Source: Callorhinchus milii
Lineage: Eukaryota
NCBI RefSeq assembly: GCF_018977255.1
Contig: NW_024704742.1
Location: 97,218,001-97,282,000 of the forward strand
Direction: 5' to 3'
Length of the DNA stretch: 64,000 nt
Positions 51,192 through 64,000 of the stretch are shown in pieces. Position numbers and translations under genes: made by a program. Position 1 is the stretch's first letter, and each line of letters starts with the position of its first letter. The notes under the pieces were generated by a model. The model worked only from the letters and a program-made list of their open reading frames with translations, did not search any database and was not told the DNA's origin.

Positions 51192-54100
51192 TCCTTATTG
51201 TTGCCTTGAAAACACAGGTATGGTTGGCAGAATTCAAGGCATTAGGAATCTCAAATACACATTTAACCATCTAAAACCATACAACTTGGGAACACAAGGC
51301 ATTGGTACACTTTATGCGGCTTGATCATCTAAGACCACCCTATCCACGAGAACACTGGCTTCCTGTGTAACAATCAGAAATTGAATGGGAAGAATCCAAT
51401 CCCTCAATGTCTACCTTTACAATTTTCATTGCTCAGCCAGGCTGGTTATTCTTCTATAATAATCTAGTGCACTGCAGATCTTCCTGATTCAGGTATTGAA
51501 TTACAATAATAAAATAATAGTAATCCTTGCATTTGTTATAGCACCTTATCATGTCGTCAAATCATCTCAAAGTGCTTCACAAGATATATTCTAAAGTGGA
51601 TTGATTGTATTTTGTGTTTGAAATTATGTCTACCACTGAGTGTTAACTCAGCTCCACTTCCTCTCTGACAGTATGTCACCACATGGAGCCAGCCCAACCC
51701 AACAGAAACCTTGTTTACCTCTCCCCAGCAAGATAAATCATAAGATCACAAGAGCAGTAAAGTGGGAAACTTACCCTTTGGCCCATTTGATCTCATCATT
51801 CCAGGAAATCCATCATGCTGTGTTGCCATTACATCATTAAGCTTTTTTCTCATTGTGTCCAGGTTTCTATCAATCTTCATGGTAACTTGTTCTACTTATG
51901 AATACATTTTGTGTAAAGCAATTCTTCCTCATACCCATTCGAAAATTCTTCTTCCTATACTGCTACCTTTGCTTATCTAAAAAACATTATTTTTTTTGGT
52001 TTGTCTTCTCAATCCCTTCAGCATTGTATTACCTCTAAAAGGTCCCATCTGAGAATCTCTTTTCAGATGAAGAGCCCAACCTTGTCTAATCATTCATTAT
52101 AGTTTACTCTTTTCACAAGTTGCTGACAAGATTGGATTCAAACTATCACTAGATGGTTAACTAGTACAGGAAACTCCTCCAGTGCAGTGTAATGAACTGT
52201 ACAGCTGCATATAACCCATGCCAGTGCATTGTCACTTCAGCCAGAACATACACTGCAGCATATCATACAGAAACTTCACCAGTTGGAGCTGCAAAGTTTG
52301 AGCCATAATTACTCAGCACTGGATACCAACCACAGTAACCACTAAATACTGGATGTAAGAGTGTGTGCTTGTGAGCCTCACAGCATTTGTGGCGTGATTA
52401 TATATATGCATTGGAGACACAGATGAAACTTGTAATTAACAGGGAGTGTGACAATTTAAAAGGTTCTGATGCACATCCTAATGGTTACAAAGCTGCTTTG
52501 ATGAATTCATGGGACATGTTGGCTCATAACCCTCTTGTGTGGGATAGTCATGCAGCACTGAAGCAACCCACCTAAAAGCAGAAAGCCTACCTAAAACCAA
52601 ATATGTGGGATTCGTTATACAATACAGTATAAACAACATTAAAACATTCACATTTTACCCAAATTAGGTTGCAAGTACACTATGATTATATTGAAGAAGG
52701 GTATATTATAATACAGTGAATAGAAAAAAAGTTAATGCACAGTTGAACTATACAGCCCAATATACCCAATCGAGATATGGAAGCCATTAACATTGAACAT
52801 TTTCCATATTTACTTGTATAGATTAGATAATATGGAAATAGCGACAGTACATTTACACTTTCTACTTTCTGGGAGAAATTGCAATAATGAGAGGAATAAC
52901 GTATGAGCTAAACTATAACACTTGAAAAGATAATATGATTGAAATTAAAAAAAATATTCAAAGCAAAAAAGATTCCGGGTGAAAAGTGGATGACAGCTGA
53001 TCCTAAAAGCTGTTTGAAGCCCATTGAGCATGAACTAGACTACTGCGTAATCCAGGACAAGATAATGAACAAGAGACAAATGGCCCCAAGAGGGTCCCCT
53101 CAAGCTGCACTATGAATATGTTTATGAAGCAGATTTATTATCTTCAGTGACCTTGGAGGGGTATTGGTGATGCTTAAGTTAAAAATTAAAGAGTGACTAT
53201 ATGTTAGTTATTAAAATGAAAATATCCTCATGCTGCTAAGTGTAATGACCTTAACAGTGTGTCCTATCAGTAGAAAATTCACAGTATTTTCCCATTATAA
53301 GCCTTTAACATTAAAGTTTCTGCATTTTATATGGTATATTTTAAAATATAAAAAAATGCATTTCAAATTCAGTGAACACTGTACCCACTGACTAAAATAA
53401 TTCAACCTTTCAAAAAAAATCTTAGTTCATACACAAAGTTCGAGCACAACAGGTATGGTCAACATTTGCAGTCCAGCAAAACCACAGAGCCCTCCATTCT
53501 TATAAACCTGTATTGAGGGTTTAATTATAAGCCTGTTCAGGAGTCAGACCTATGATGTTAACCTGATCACAAGATAAGTTATCTGCCTCCAGCTGTAAAC
53601 AGCTAAGTTCATTTGAAACGTGCCTGGACCTCTCTTTTATGTGATAAATGATTGAATCGTTATTGCAAAAGTAGACTTTGGGAATGTGTGGACAACCCAC
53701 TGTGACCACCAGGCCTGATCAAAGAACCAAGCTTGGGAAACAAATAAATCAGCTTGTAGGAAGTCTGATAAATTGTTTTGAACCACTATGGGTATTGTCA
53801 AATTGGATGAATACAGATTTCTAATCCAAATGTTATGTTTTTTCAGTTTGAAAAATTGAATTGGCTTATCAACTTCAATTGGTCCCTTTGTCTTAAGATC
53901 AGATTCAATTTTACAAGGAATCATTGGCATAAATCATTTTTATTTAAAAAAAGGCTAGAAAAACCGTGAACACTGGAAATCTGAAATCAATTGATCAATC
54001 GATTAAACATATAAAATGTAACCTATTTTTTCTCCAGCAAAAGCTGAATGGCTTTCTGCGAATTTCTAGCATCGCTACATCTGTTTTTGAGAGAGCTGTC

Positions 54101-57100
54101 ACAGTACCACTTTTCTGCCACTGGACAATGCAAATATCCTGGCATTAGTAAAAGGATAATTAATGCATGCCTTTTTTTAAATCAAAGGTTGTTTACATGG
54201 AGCTGTTGATTATGCAAATTACCAGAATGGTCTTGCAATATGTTGCTAATATTAGTCAACAGGTGAATGGTTTGTGCTATTACAAGTTACTAATACCAAT
54301 ATTACAAGTATCATTCAAAAGTAATAATGCTTCAGTGCAACTAGGATTCATTCTGTAATAATATTACTAATTTACAAAACACAAATACGACTTGTTTTTT
54401 TATGGCTTGTTTTAGATTTGGATTTACTTCTACTTATGGGTGAGGACTTGAACAGCACGTTGAGGTAACAAAAGCTGGTAAAGAAACTGACAACCATCAT
54501 CTGCGACATCTCCTTCAACATCACAACCTGCAAACGCATGCCAGCAACAAGCAGAAAGATCAATTAGCAAAACCATGAAGTAGAAGTACAGGACATTGAT
54601 GAATCACAGCCATGTGACATGTTCAGTCTGTCAAACTATCAGAATAATGTTTGAAGGTGGATATTTTCATAGCTTCGGTATAAGGGAACCAAAAGTTCAC
54701 AGGAAATGCAGAAGATTATTTTAATTAAAGGGTGATAGATACAAACCACTAGCATAGGTGCATTGCATTTGATATTAACACTCATAACTCCAAAACATCT
54801 TACAATGCTTCCCACGTAATAACTGTCAGGTGTAGGGATTGTGTATTTGTAGGTGTACACATCAGCCATTTTGTGTGCAGAAAAGTCTCACAAATAGCTA
54901 TGAAGTGCATGACCAATGTATCTGGAAGATTGTTGTTCACAACACCAGTGGTATCATTTGAGAAATATGAAGATTTGGCTACAGAGAATTAAAAGTGGAA
55001 ATCTCAAATCTAGTGGTGGATTGTGTAATAACTCATAGCCTTTTGTCTAAGATCCTCTGACTTAAATCTTTGAGGATGGCTCTTGTAACAGGGGCAACAT
55101 TGAGAATGCAGATTGACAAAGATCTGGTGAGTACAAAGGCATTGGAAGATGAGGCAATGCAGATGTTGAGCAGATTGACTGAGATGCTTTTGAGAGGAGA
55201 GTGGGGGAGAGAAGCTTGAGAGGTTGCTGATATAAAGGGAGTCACGGATAATGTTTTTCATGGGCGGAAATAGAAAAGAAAAAGTTTGTTATGGGAAAAG
55301 GAATTTGTAAGGCAAAGGAGGTGAAAAAGTGACTACAAACAGCTCTGTTGGTGATCATAACATTGAAGATGATAAGCCCTTGTAGTACTAACCTGTCACC
55401 AGGTGAGGTCCTCAGACAAACACAAGGGAAAGGGATATATGGCACACAACCACAGCAAATCTGTGTAATTGTTATACTCCCTATTGCACTAAAAGCAACA
55501 GCTTCCAGAAATGCACTCAATATATATAATAATTCTTAATGCAATAATATTATTGCAGGTTGAAGAAGAGGAACGTCTAGGACAGGATAAATGATAACTC
55601 TATTTTTGCAAAAATAAGTTCTGTTTTTTATAAAAGAATTGCTTAATGCCAAGATTTCTGATGTTTCTGATCTGGTATTCCCTGATAAACATATAAGCGC
55701 GATATATTTTCTAAGCCTTGCCATCAGTACTTGTACTAGATAACTTGATAACAGAAGATTAACTAATGCTACTAATTCCTTCAAGACTATTGATAACTAA
55801 AAACAATTCAATATAGCTTTCCCCCATCACAGCCAATAGCAAAGCAGTTGAAACTGTTAAGACTGAATAGAAATAAACATCAGTTATTAGATGGCAGATT
55901 TCCATTCCTGCTACTAAGGAGAAATTCAATCTCCTTTACATTGTTCTTAAGTAGACTCTTGTCCTTAGCCAAAAGTGAACTGGTGGAGACTTTTCTACAG
56001 TTTCCTTTTTCTTGGTGTCTTTCCTCTACGATAAGCATCAGATTTATACCAAATATCAATGATTGTGTATAAAGTACAATAGAAAGCCATACTGAACCAA
56101 GTACCAAGCACAAAACAAACGTTTCTACTTTGATTCCTCAACAATGGCAGAAAAAAATCCAATTTATAAGGCCAGGAATGGCAGACATCAAAAGAATGAA
56201 ACTATGCTCATGGTACCCTAAAGCGGGCCAATAGAATAAAGTTAGAAAACTTGCTGTTAGATGGAGTTGATCTGTATATCATGGAATCCATTATATATGT
56301 ATCAGTTCCTCTTAATTAAACCCTTGTTCACTTGTGCAAGTGATAGAGAAAATTCACTTCCAAATTTGCAAAACTTTGTACTAGAGGTGAATAAATGTGC
56401 ACACATTGCCAAAAGGATAAACATGGAATGAATTTTAGGAATATTATTATTTCTTATTTTAATATGTTTAAATCTTAGCTATCCCAATAGCTTTCCAATC
56501 CCGAAAGTCTCCCAATTGCCATTGCTTTATGCATAATCTGGCAAATAGTAGAGACAGCAGGTTAGCAAATTTAAGAGGAAATAAGATAACTATTTGGAAG
56601 ATAATTCTAGTGATCAGCATGAAAGATAATAATAATAACAATAATCCTTGCATTTGATATAGCGCTTTTCACATCTTCTAGACGTCTCAAAGCGCTTCAC
56701 AGAATATGCTGTAAGATGTAGTAGGGTAGGATTTTTTAAACAATTACTTTGAGTTCAGTTACATTAATAGTCATTCCAAGCTCCTTATTTTCCCATGTTC
56801 CAATGTAACCAGGCTATGTTGTTGCCAAGTATCTTTCCAATAGCACCAAAGATCGAAGGATAGTGGACGTAGGGTACTTGAACCAAATTAAATCATAATG
56901 TCAACATTTAAACTGATGTTTTCCTTGGCTATTTACTTTTTGCAGCATATTCTGTGCATCCAAGCCTTGAGGCTATTTTAGTGACGAATGGCTAATTTAA
57001 TTTACAACTCATTTAAACTTCATAGGTGATTGATGAATGTGGATGTGTCTTTGAATGTGTTTTGAACCAACCTGAGCAGAAAGGATGCATCATGATATTG

Positions 57101-58644
57101 ACATAAAATGCATGAATTGATGTATAAGTGTGTCTGTGCCATGTATGAGTGAATGAAATAAATATTTGTTATTTTAGTTTTATATTGTATGATTGCTGTA
57201 TTTACATGTCCAGCCCACTCCACAGATAGCAATTTTTTGATGACCCATAAGGTATTTCACAGTATTGCAACACATTGCAATTCCAAAGTTTTGTTGTACC
57301 TTTCCCATTAAGTTCATGAACCGAATGATGTTTGCTTATCAGAAGACATTAATGGACCAACAGAATGAGGTGAAGGAAGAACTGTTCAAAAGGAAACAAC
57401 AAATTTGAAAATGCCTTTTCCGCCTATTTAAAGATGGTCAAACAAAATGCATTATTCTCTGGATTTATGGCTTGACGTCCCAGGATTGGACAGAGGTGTT
57501 ACATATTGGCAGTGCTTTGTAATATTCTGAATAATGGCGCTGTACATCCATAGATTTTTAAAATAATAGTTGAACCACTTATAAAATACACAATGGTTCA
57601 GACAAGGACTCTCTGAACTATTTTGTAATGTCAAAGTTATTTTCCTTTTCTTTCTTCTTTTCCAATATAAAATGTATCTATGATATGGGAGCAGTGTAAT
57701 TCAGCATTCATATGTGGAATGATTGGATGCACCTTACAGAAGTAATATGACATTAGTGCATCAGCGTAAAACATGGGTAAAAACTATTAGGTTTGTTGAA
57801 GCTTCATTATAGCCTTTAACACAGTGTGATACCTAATCCCTGTAATCCTATTACAGGTCTATAGAAAAGCCTATTGCAGCATTAATGCCAAAGGTATTTT
57901 GTCAACTGATGACATTATTTGTTTTAAAATTCCTCCATAACAGCATCTTAAGTGATGTGGCCACCAAACTTGCAGAAAATGATAAATAGACATGTCACAG
58001 TAGATAATGTAGTGTATATTAATAAAGTCTCAAATGAAAGCACATTTTATGATGATACTTCAAGAGGAAATTATGGACTTTGCAGAAACAAAATAAATCA
58101 GAAGTTACATTTCTGATTTGAAGAGCTTACTACATGCTGAATGTTATTTAATTGCCCATGCCTTTAATCGTTTGTTTTTCCCCCTACTGTTTTACAAAAG
58201 TGTTGGATTGTTTTTTTGGTATGGAGATATCTCACTGTGCCTGAAAAATCAGCTCCTCAATCAGTGAGGTCTCACACAGGCCACCTAGACAGAAGGCACC
58301 AATCTAACAGAGAGATTCATATCCACTGGGCTGAAACACATGTGTGATTTATAGATGTTATCTATATCCAAGATTAGTTTACTGTCTTAAAATCATTAAA
58401 GAGCTCTTACTATTTTTGTAGATAATTTGTAGTTTCTTTTCATTGAAGTTTTTCCTTCCATTGTGATGCCGTATTTCTAATTCCATTTCAAGATGCCACA
58501 TGACATAAGCAATGCCGTATTGACTTTATGAAGTGGAACCTTTGGCAATATTGGGTTTGTGATAGAGGACATACAACATTGCCTGGTTATTTTTGATAAT
58601 GAAATGAACTGCAGAAAATGTCACTACTGTACCTATAAATAATA

Positions 58645-58812
58645 ATCCTTATGATAATAATCCTTGCATTTGATATAGGGTCTTATCACGTCTTCGAGAC
58701 ATCTCAAAGCGCTTCGCAGAATGTATTATGAAGTAGTGATTGTATATTCTGATGGCAAAACGAGGCAACCAATTACACACAGCAGTGTCCCACAAACAGT
58801 CCTGGATTGAAT
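58645..58812 (-). mobile_element. SINE 3' half
   Basis: Shared SINE tail and body motifs. Confidence 0.7.
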
Positions 58813-60249
58813 GATGAAATTATTTTTAAAAAATATATTGTAATATAAATTGCATGCATGAATATGTCTTGGTAAAGATACAGTTAAATATTGCATGAAA
58901 ACAGAAAATATTGGCGCAAGTTTATCAGAAATATTATTGACAGCTATAATTAAATAAGTAGCACTTTTTCATGCATTTTTTCTTTTAAAATAACAGAATA
59001 AATTATGTTTACATTGGATTTGTTAAAATAAACCATAACATTATATTCTGATGTAAATTTGGGTTTGGATCTGTACCAGTACAGTATAATCTCCTGCCAT
59101 ATATTCCCATTGGCATACATTATTTTGTATCAAGATATTCAATTCAAGCCTCAATGATATGACTGACTGGATTTTTCAAACTTATGAACCCTTTAAGAGA
59201 GATGGCTGGCTGGGAATAGTTCTAATTCTTATCCAGCTAATACCTAGAACAAACTATCAAATTGTAGCTCCAGACACCAAGCCTAAATGTAGAAATAAGA
59301 GATTGAAAATATCTAATGATCTTAGGTTTAACATCATTATCTTAAAATTTAGGGTTGTGCAGAATTTCAGAAAAATCCTTAAATTCAGTGTTAATTTAGT
59401 GGCTGTTTTCCCCCTCACTTCTTCAAGTCATTTCTTGTTGAGGTGTGTATGTCATTTTGTCACATCCATTTCCCACTCACTGTCACATAGAAAATGATCA
59501 TTACAACTAACAACGCTACTCAAGTACTCTGCCACTGTGCAGAACAGCTCTATCACAGCCTTGTTGGAGTTGGAGCCTCCTTTGATGCTGATCTTTGGTT
59601 TGAGTTCAAATAAGGTTTCTAAACCCTCCCTCATGGATATAGCCTTCTGCTCAGAGACTTCCACCTGTTGTCCCTTATGTCTTGTTCAACCTATTTCTCC
59701 TCCCATAAAATCGGCATCTATTAGTGGAGTATAATACCATTTTCCAAATGACAACTTGCCCATGCACAGTGCCAAAGCTATCTCTGAACATGCAGAATAC
59801 TTTGTGCTTATGCAGATCATTATTAAATAGCCCTGCGATCAGATGCAGCAGAAATTGCAGATTTCCTGCCTTAATTGGCTTCTAGCAGCAATTAAATGCC
59901 TTAATTGCTTTTTCAACAATGTGCTGGTTAACTGCTATTTGCCACTTATACCACTAGGCAGAAAATTGCAGCTTCTGCTTTCAACTCACGATATTTCTGT
60001 GTCACTAAATCTCCTAATTTAGTCTTAATTTTAGACTTGCTTCCATTTTAACACGAGGAGGAAAACCACCTATAGCATGATATCAACTGTGTCCCCTACC
60101 TAGTATTTCAATTTGGTACAGTAAAAACAACCGTTAAGAGTCTTCAATGGATTGTACCAATGGTGGATATATGAGGAATCATACTCAGTACTGAATCTTC
60201 AAACCTGGATCCTTTTCACACAGTTGAGATTACAAAATACACAGTCAAT

Positions 60250-60520
60250 TCATAGGAACATAGGAACAAGAAAAGGCCATTCAGCCCTTTGAGCCTGTTC
60301 AGCCATTTAATTGGGTCATGGCTGATCTGTACCTCAACTACTCCATAAAATCGACATCTATTAGTGGAGTAGGTGCCATTTTCCAAATTACAACTTGCCT
60401 ATGCACAGTGCCAAAGCTATCGCTGCACATGAAACTAATCCTTTCAATTCCAATTTCCTGCTTTCTCCTCATATCCCTTAATACCCTGACCTACCAAAAA
60501 TCTATCAACCTCACTTTTGA
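60250..60520 (-). mobile_element. CR1 3' end carrying an inserted copy of 59703-59792
   Basis: CATAGGAACATAGGAAC..GGCCATTCAGCCC tail interrupted at 60343-60431. Confidence 0.75.
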
Positions 60521-60884
60521 AGGTGTGGATTGATCCACACACTTCACAGAATATACTGTAAAATTAACTTTACAGTATATTCTGTGAAGCGTGTTGAGAT
60601 ATTTCGAAGACTGTTATATCAAATGCAAGGATAATTATTATTGTTATCATCTTACAGCGAAGGTCTGAAAACAGCTTTAATTCGACATTTATCATTTTAC
60701 TCTTGTGCATATAGCAAAATTTTCCACTGACAACAGACTAGACATGTATAAAAGTATAAAGGCTTTATCCAATGTGCGAAGCTAATCATGAAAAAAGTTA
60801 CAGCTAATCAGTCAAGTTGGTTTCTACTTGTTCTTTTATTTACGTTTAAATATTATAGATTCCGCTTATTTTCATCAGCTGCCA

Positions 60885-61155
60885 AATGTCTATGCAGGTT
60901 TCATCTGGCTGTTCATGTGAACATAAAAATTCCATGAAACTATTCAAAAAGAGAAGAGAGCTTTTCCTGGTGTCATGGCCAACAAACCCCAAATAAAATT
61001 GATTATTCACTTCATGGCGATTTGTGGGACATTGCTGTGTGTAAATCGGCTGCTGTGTTTGCCTATAAATACAATCAAAAATCCTGTGAAGCAGTTTGAG
61101 AGATGTCGACAATGTGATAAGGTGCTAGCTCTATCAAATGCAAAATTATTATTAT
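60885..61155 (+). mobile_element. Deu-domain SINE 3' half
   Basis: Collinear with the 3' half of 48278-48685. Confidence 0.65.
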
Positions 61156-64000
61156 TTTTCTAATAATTTCAACTATTTTCCACAGGCCTAAAAGTGGCAA
61201 CTATTCAGTGATTACATTTATCAATTCTGTATCAGTGTTTTGCATAACATGTTTATATTGTATACTTTATTCTTATTTCTCACCACAGGAGTTAAAGACA
61301 AGTTTGTATAATTGCATTATATAAAATAAGGAAACTCCTCTTCATATTAATAGTTTACACTATGGTAGATGTGAACAAACACATGGTTAGAAATGGACAT
61401 TATATCATCTAGGGAAATAATTGGAGAATTATACTTGTTTTTGAAAGAGCCAAACTTAACTTTATCTCTAAAGATTCAAATTAAAAAACAACTTGTACTG
61501 GAATGGCACATTTTATGTGGGATAAACTCTTGGTTTAAATAATCTTATCAATCTTGCACAAATTTTAAATGCCTTTAACTTTGTTAATACTCATGGCATA
61601 GTAATGCCAGAAAGAAACAGTCAATAGTGAAATATCTGGCAACCTGGAACATGCCACAGTAAAATGATCATAAAAATGTTTGTTAAACTCTCCGTTGACA
61701 GTTACTGCAACCCTCAAGTAATAATGTATTCTGAGTATAGCAATTATCACTCAAAAGTGAAGACAGAGAGATTTTAGGCTGTGCAATTTCCTTGATCGTT
61801 TTACCGACTCTTTGTGTCTGTCTAGTTTCTGATCGTTCAGCACAATTCATAACCAGATAAAAGATTGTCATTTCACAGCCACATGGTTGATATGATTCCA
61901 CATACAGCAACTTCCACAGTAGGTGTAGATGCGTAAAATAAAGAAGCAAACCTGTGTCCAGCTTTATATACAATTTATAGTAATGTACGTAGAGGGACAG
62001 TAGGAAATGATTGAGTTTCTAAAAATGCCCCTAACATTGTCTTTGTAACATTATTAGGTGCACTGACTGAAATGGAGGCCAATTGTGTAGATAAAGCATA
62101 AAGGCTATGAATAGTATTAAGCCCTTAACCTATCTACCATATAAAGGGATGAAAAGCAGTGATGAACATGAAACATGAGGGTAAATATACTGATATGCAT
62201 GCTGACAAGTCATCACTGAAGTATCATCTGGGGAATTAATCCATGAATATATCCAAGTGATTATACGTTGAACAATTTATCTAGTCTTGAACATGATATT
62301 TACTATCAAAGAGGAAATTTGCAAATGAAGATGGGGCTAAACTTAAATTAAACTTGCAAGATAGACTTTTCTCTAATGAGGGAATTAATGAATTAAGGAG
62401 TTCATTATGACGAACCATTTTTTATGGTTGTTAGGAAGCATGTAGTATTTGTCACCATAGACCTGTCATATGAACTCTAATTATGATTAATATCTCATCT
62501 CTGATTCAGTCTTCATTCACATCTCAGGAGCAAATGCAAGTTCTATTATATGTTCAGGGTTCAGTGGTACATAGTGCTCTGTTCATGGCCTCATATTTTA
62601 TTCATGATCACATTCATATTTAACAGGTCTTCTTGAAAAACAAAAAGTCTTTGTTATTGCATTGTTTTACCATGTTTTAGTTATGATTCCTGCACAATCC
62701 AAGAGACTGAGTGCTTTCAAAATACATTGTACCAGTGATTAGTCACTTCACTACCTGTCAGTAAGGTAAATATATTTATTTGTGATTATCAATGCTTTGG
62801 TTATTGGGATCACTTATATTTACCATAGTTCCATTTATCATTAAGTATCACTGCTAAATATGTTTTTTTCACTAAACAACTAGAAAGAGAACTAAAGATT
62901 GTTTAAAAAATTAGAAGAGAAAGAAAACGCTTTCATTATTAGCCATTTTCCGTATCAATTAATGCAGTATATTTGCCAAAAATATAATGCCTCATTTATT
63001 AGGATTACTCCATTTAAAATGTAAGAATTGTATTGTGGTCTTTATGGTGAGACAACTTAAAGAGCATAATCTCCTAACTTTCCATGTGCAAACAAACTGG
63101 ACATTTATAAAATACAGGACTAAAATTGCAGTGAAACCAGGTATGAATACAATCCTTGTCTTAAAAAATAATGGACATTCACCCATCAGGGAAATCCTTA
63201 AGCACTCACAATTATGAGCAACATTTTTTGTTGGAGGTAATTTGGAGGTTACATCAAATTATCACCGATTTTTAAATATTGTTTTGCAAGCACAATCAGT
63301 ATACAGTTAAATCAGTGATTCACTGCAAAAAAGTTGATGCTGGTTAACTCATAAAGATTTTTTTTGCAGAATGTTTACTTGTTTATCTCTGCGGTGACAG
63401 TTTATTGTTTTGAAATGCCATAGAATTGATCTGCAAATTTTATTCAATATAAAGAAAGAAAATGTGTTCAAGTGAAGGGTTGATGAAATATAGCTCTTGA
63501 ACACTGGAGTAATAGATCTGTAAAACACTGTATCATCTGTCTCAGACCTCTAATGCTTTTATTCCAACCTTTAATCTCACCTCTGCTATTATGAAAATAA
63601 AGACAATCTGTATTTTCATAATGTATAGCCAGACAGGCAGTAAACAGATCATTTATCACATCCCAACACTTTCTTCTTAGAGTTCAGTATCTTAAGGGGA
63701 TACTTCCTTCAGAATGTAAAGCCTGTAAGTCCCTCGTGTCAGAAACTCTTTATGAATTCATAGAGTTGATGATGAACACTCCGAAAATAAGAACATCAGG
63801 AACTTTCAGTAAGTGGTCGAGCACATGCCAAGTGTATGCTAATCTAGTCAAAGAACTCTCTCCTGAGACGCAAGAAATCACTCATTTATCAATGTAATTA
63901 ACTGATCTCTTATTCTCCACAAAATAAAAGAGCTCAATTCCATTTATTACATTTCAAACCTGACATATTTAACACATAGTAACATTGTGCATGACATTTG

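Noticed and set aside
53500..56120. Short ORFs as exons or transposase remnants
   Set aside because: No recognisable motifs or consistent splice structure
1..64000. CRISPR arrays, operons or prokaryotic defence systems
   Set aside because: Sequence is spliced vertebrate DNA; the recurring motifs are dispersed SINE/LINE tails, not regularly spaced repeats

Overview
Vertebrate genomic DNA, most likely from a cartilaginous fish (inferred from the CR1/L2 LINEs and Deu-domain SINEs). The left half holds the first 12 coding exons of VPS13A on the minus strand (ATG at 29266 in a CpG island); the gene runs off the left edge. About 2.4 kb upstream on the same strand is a C2CD4-family gene with an intronless CDS (31650-32987, 445 aa), a probable non-coding first exon and a TATA/CRE-half-site promoter. 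Its position next to VPS13A, not VPS13C, suggests a fourth whole-genome-duplication C2CD4 ohnologue missing from mammals. The region 34-64 kb has no recognisable gene and is rich in SINE/LINE remnants. Notable repeat structures are a near-identical inverted CR1 pair flanking exons 7-8, an RT frameshift shared by three L2 copies, an internally deleted L2, a probable non-autonomous Helitron, a templated insertion and a fold-back SINE tail. Repeat boundaries are approximate and all family assignments come from recall, not database searches.
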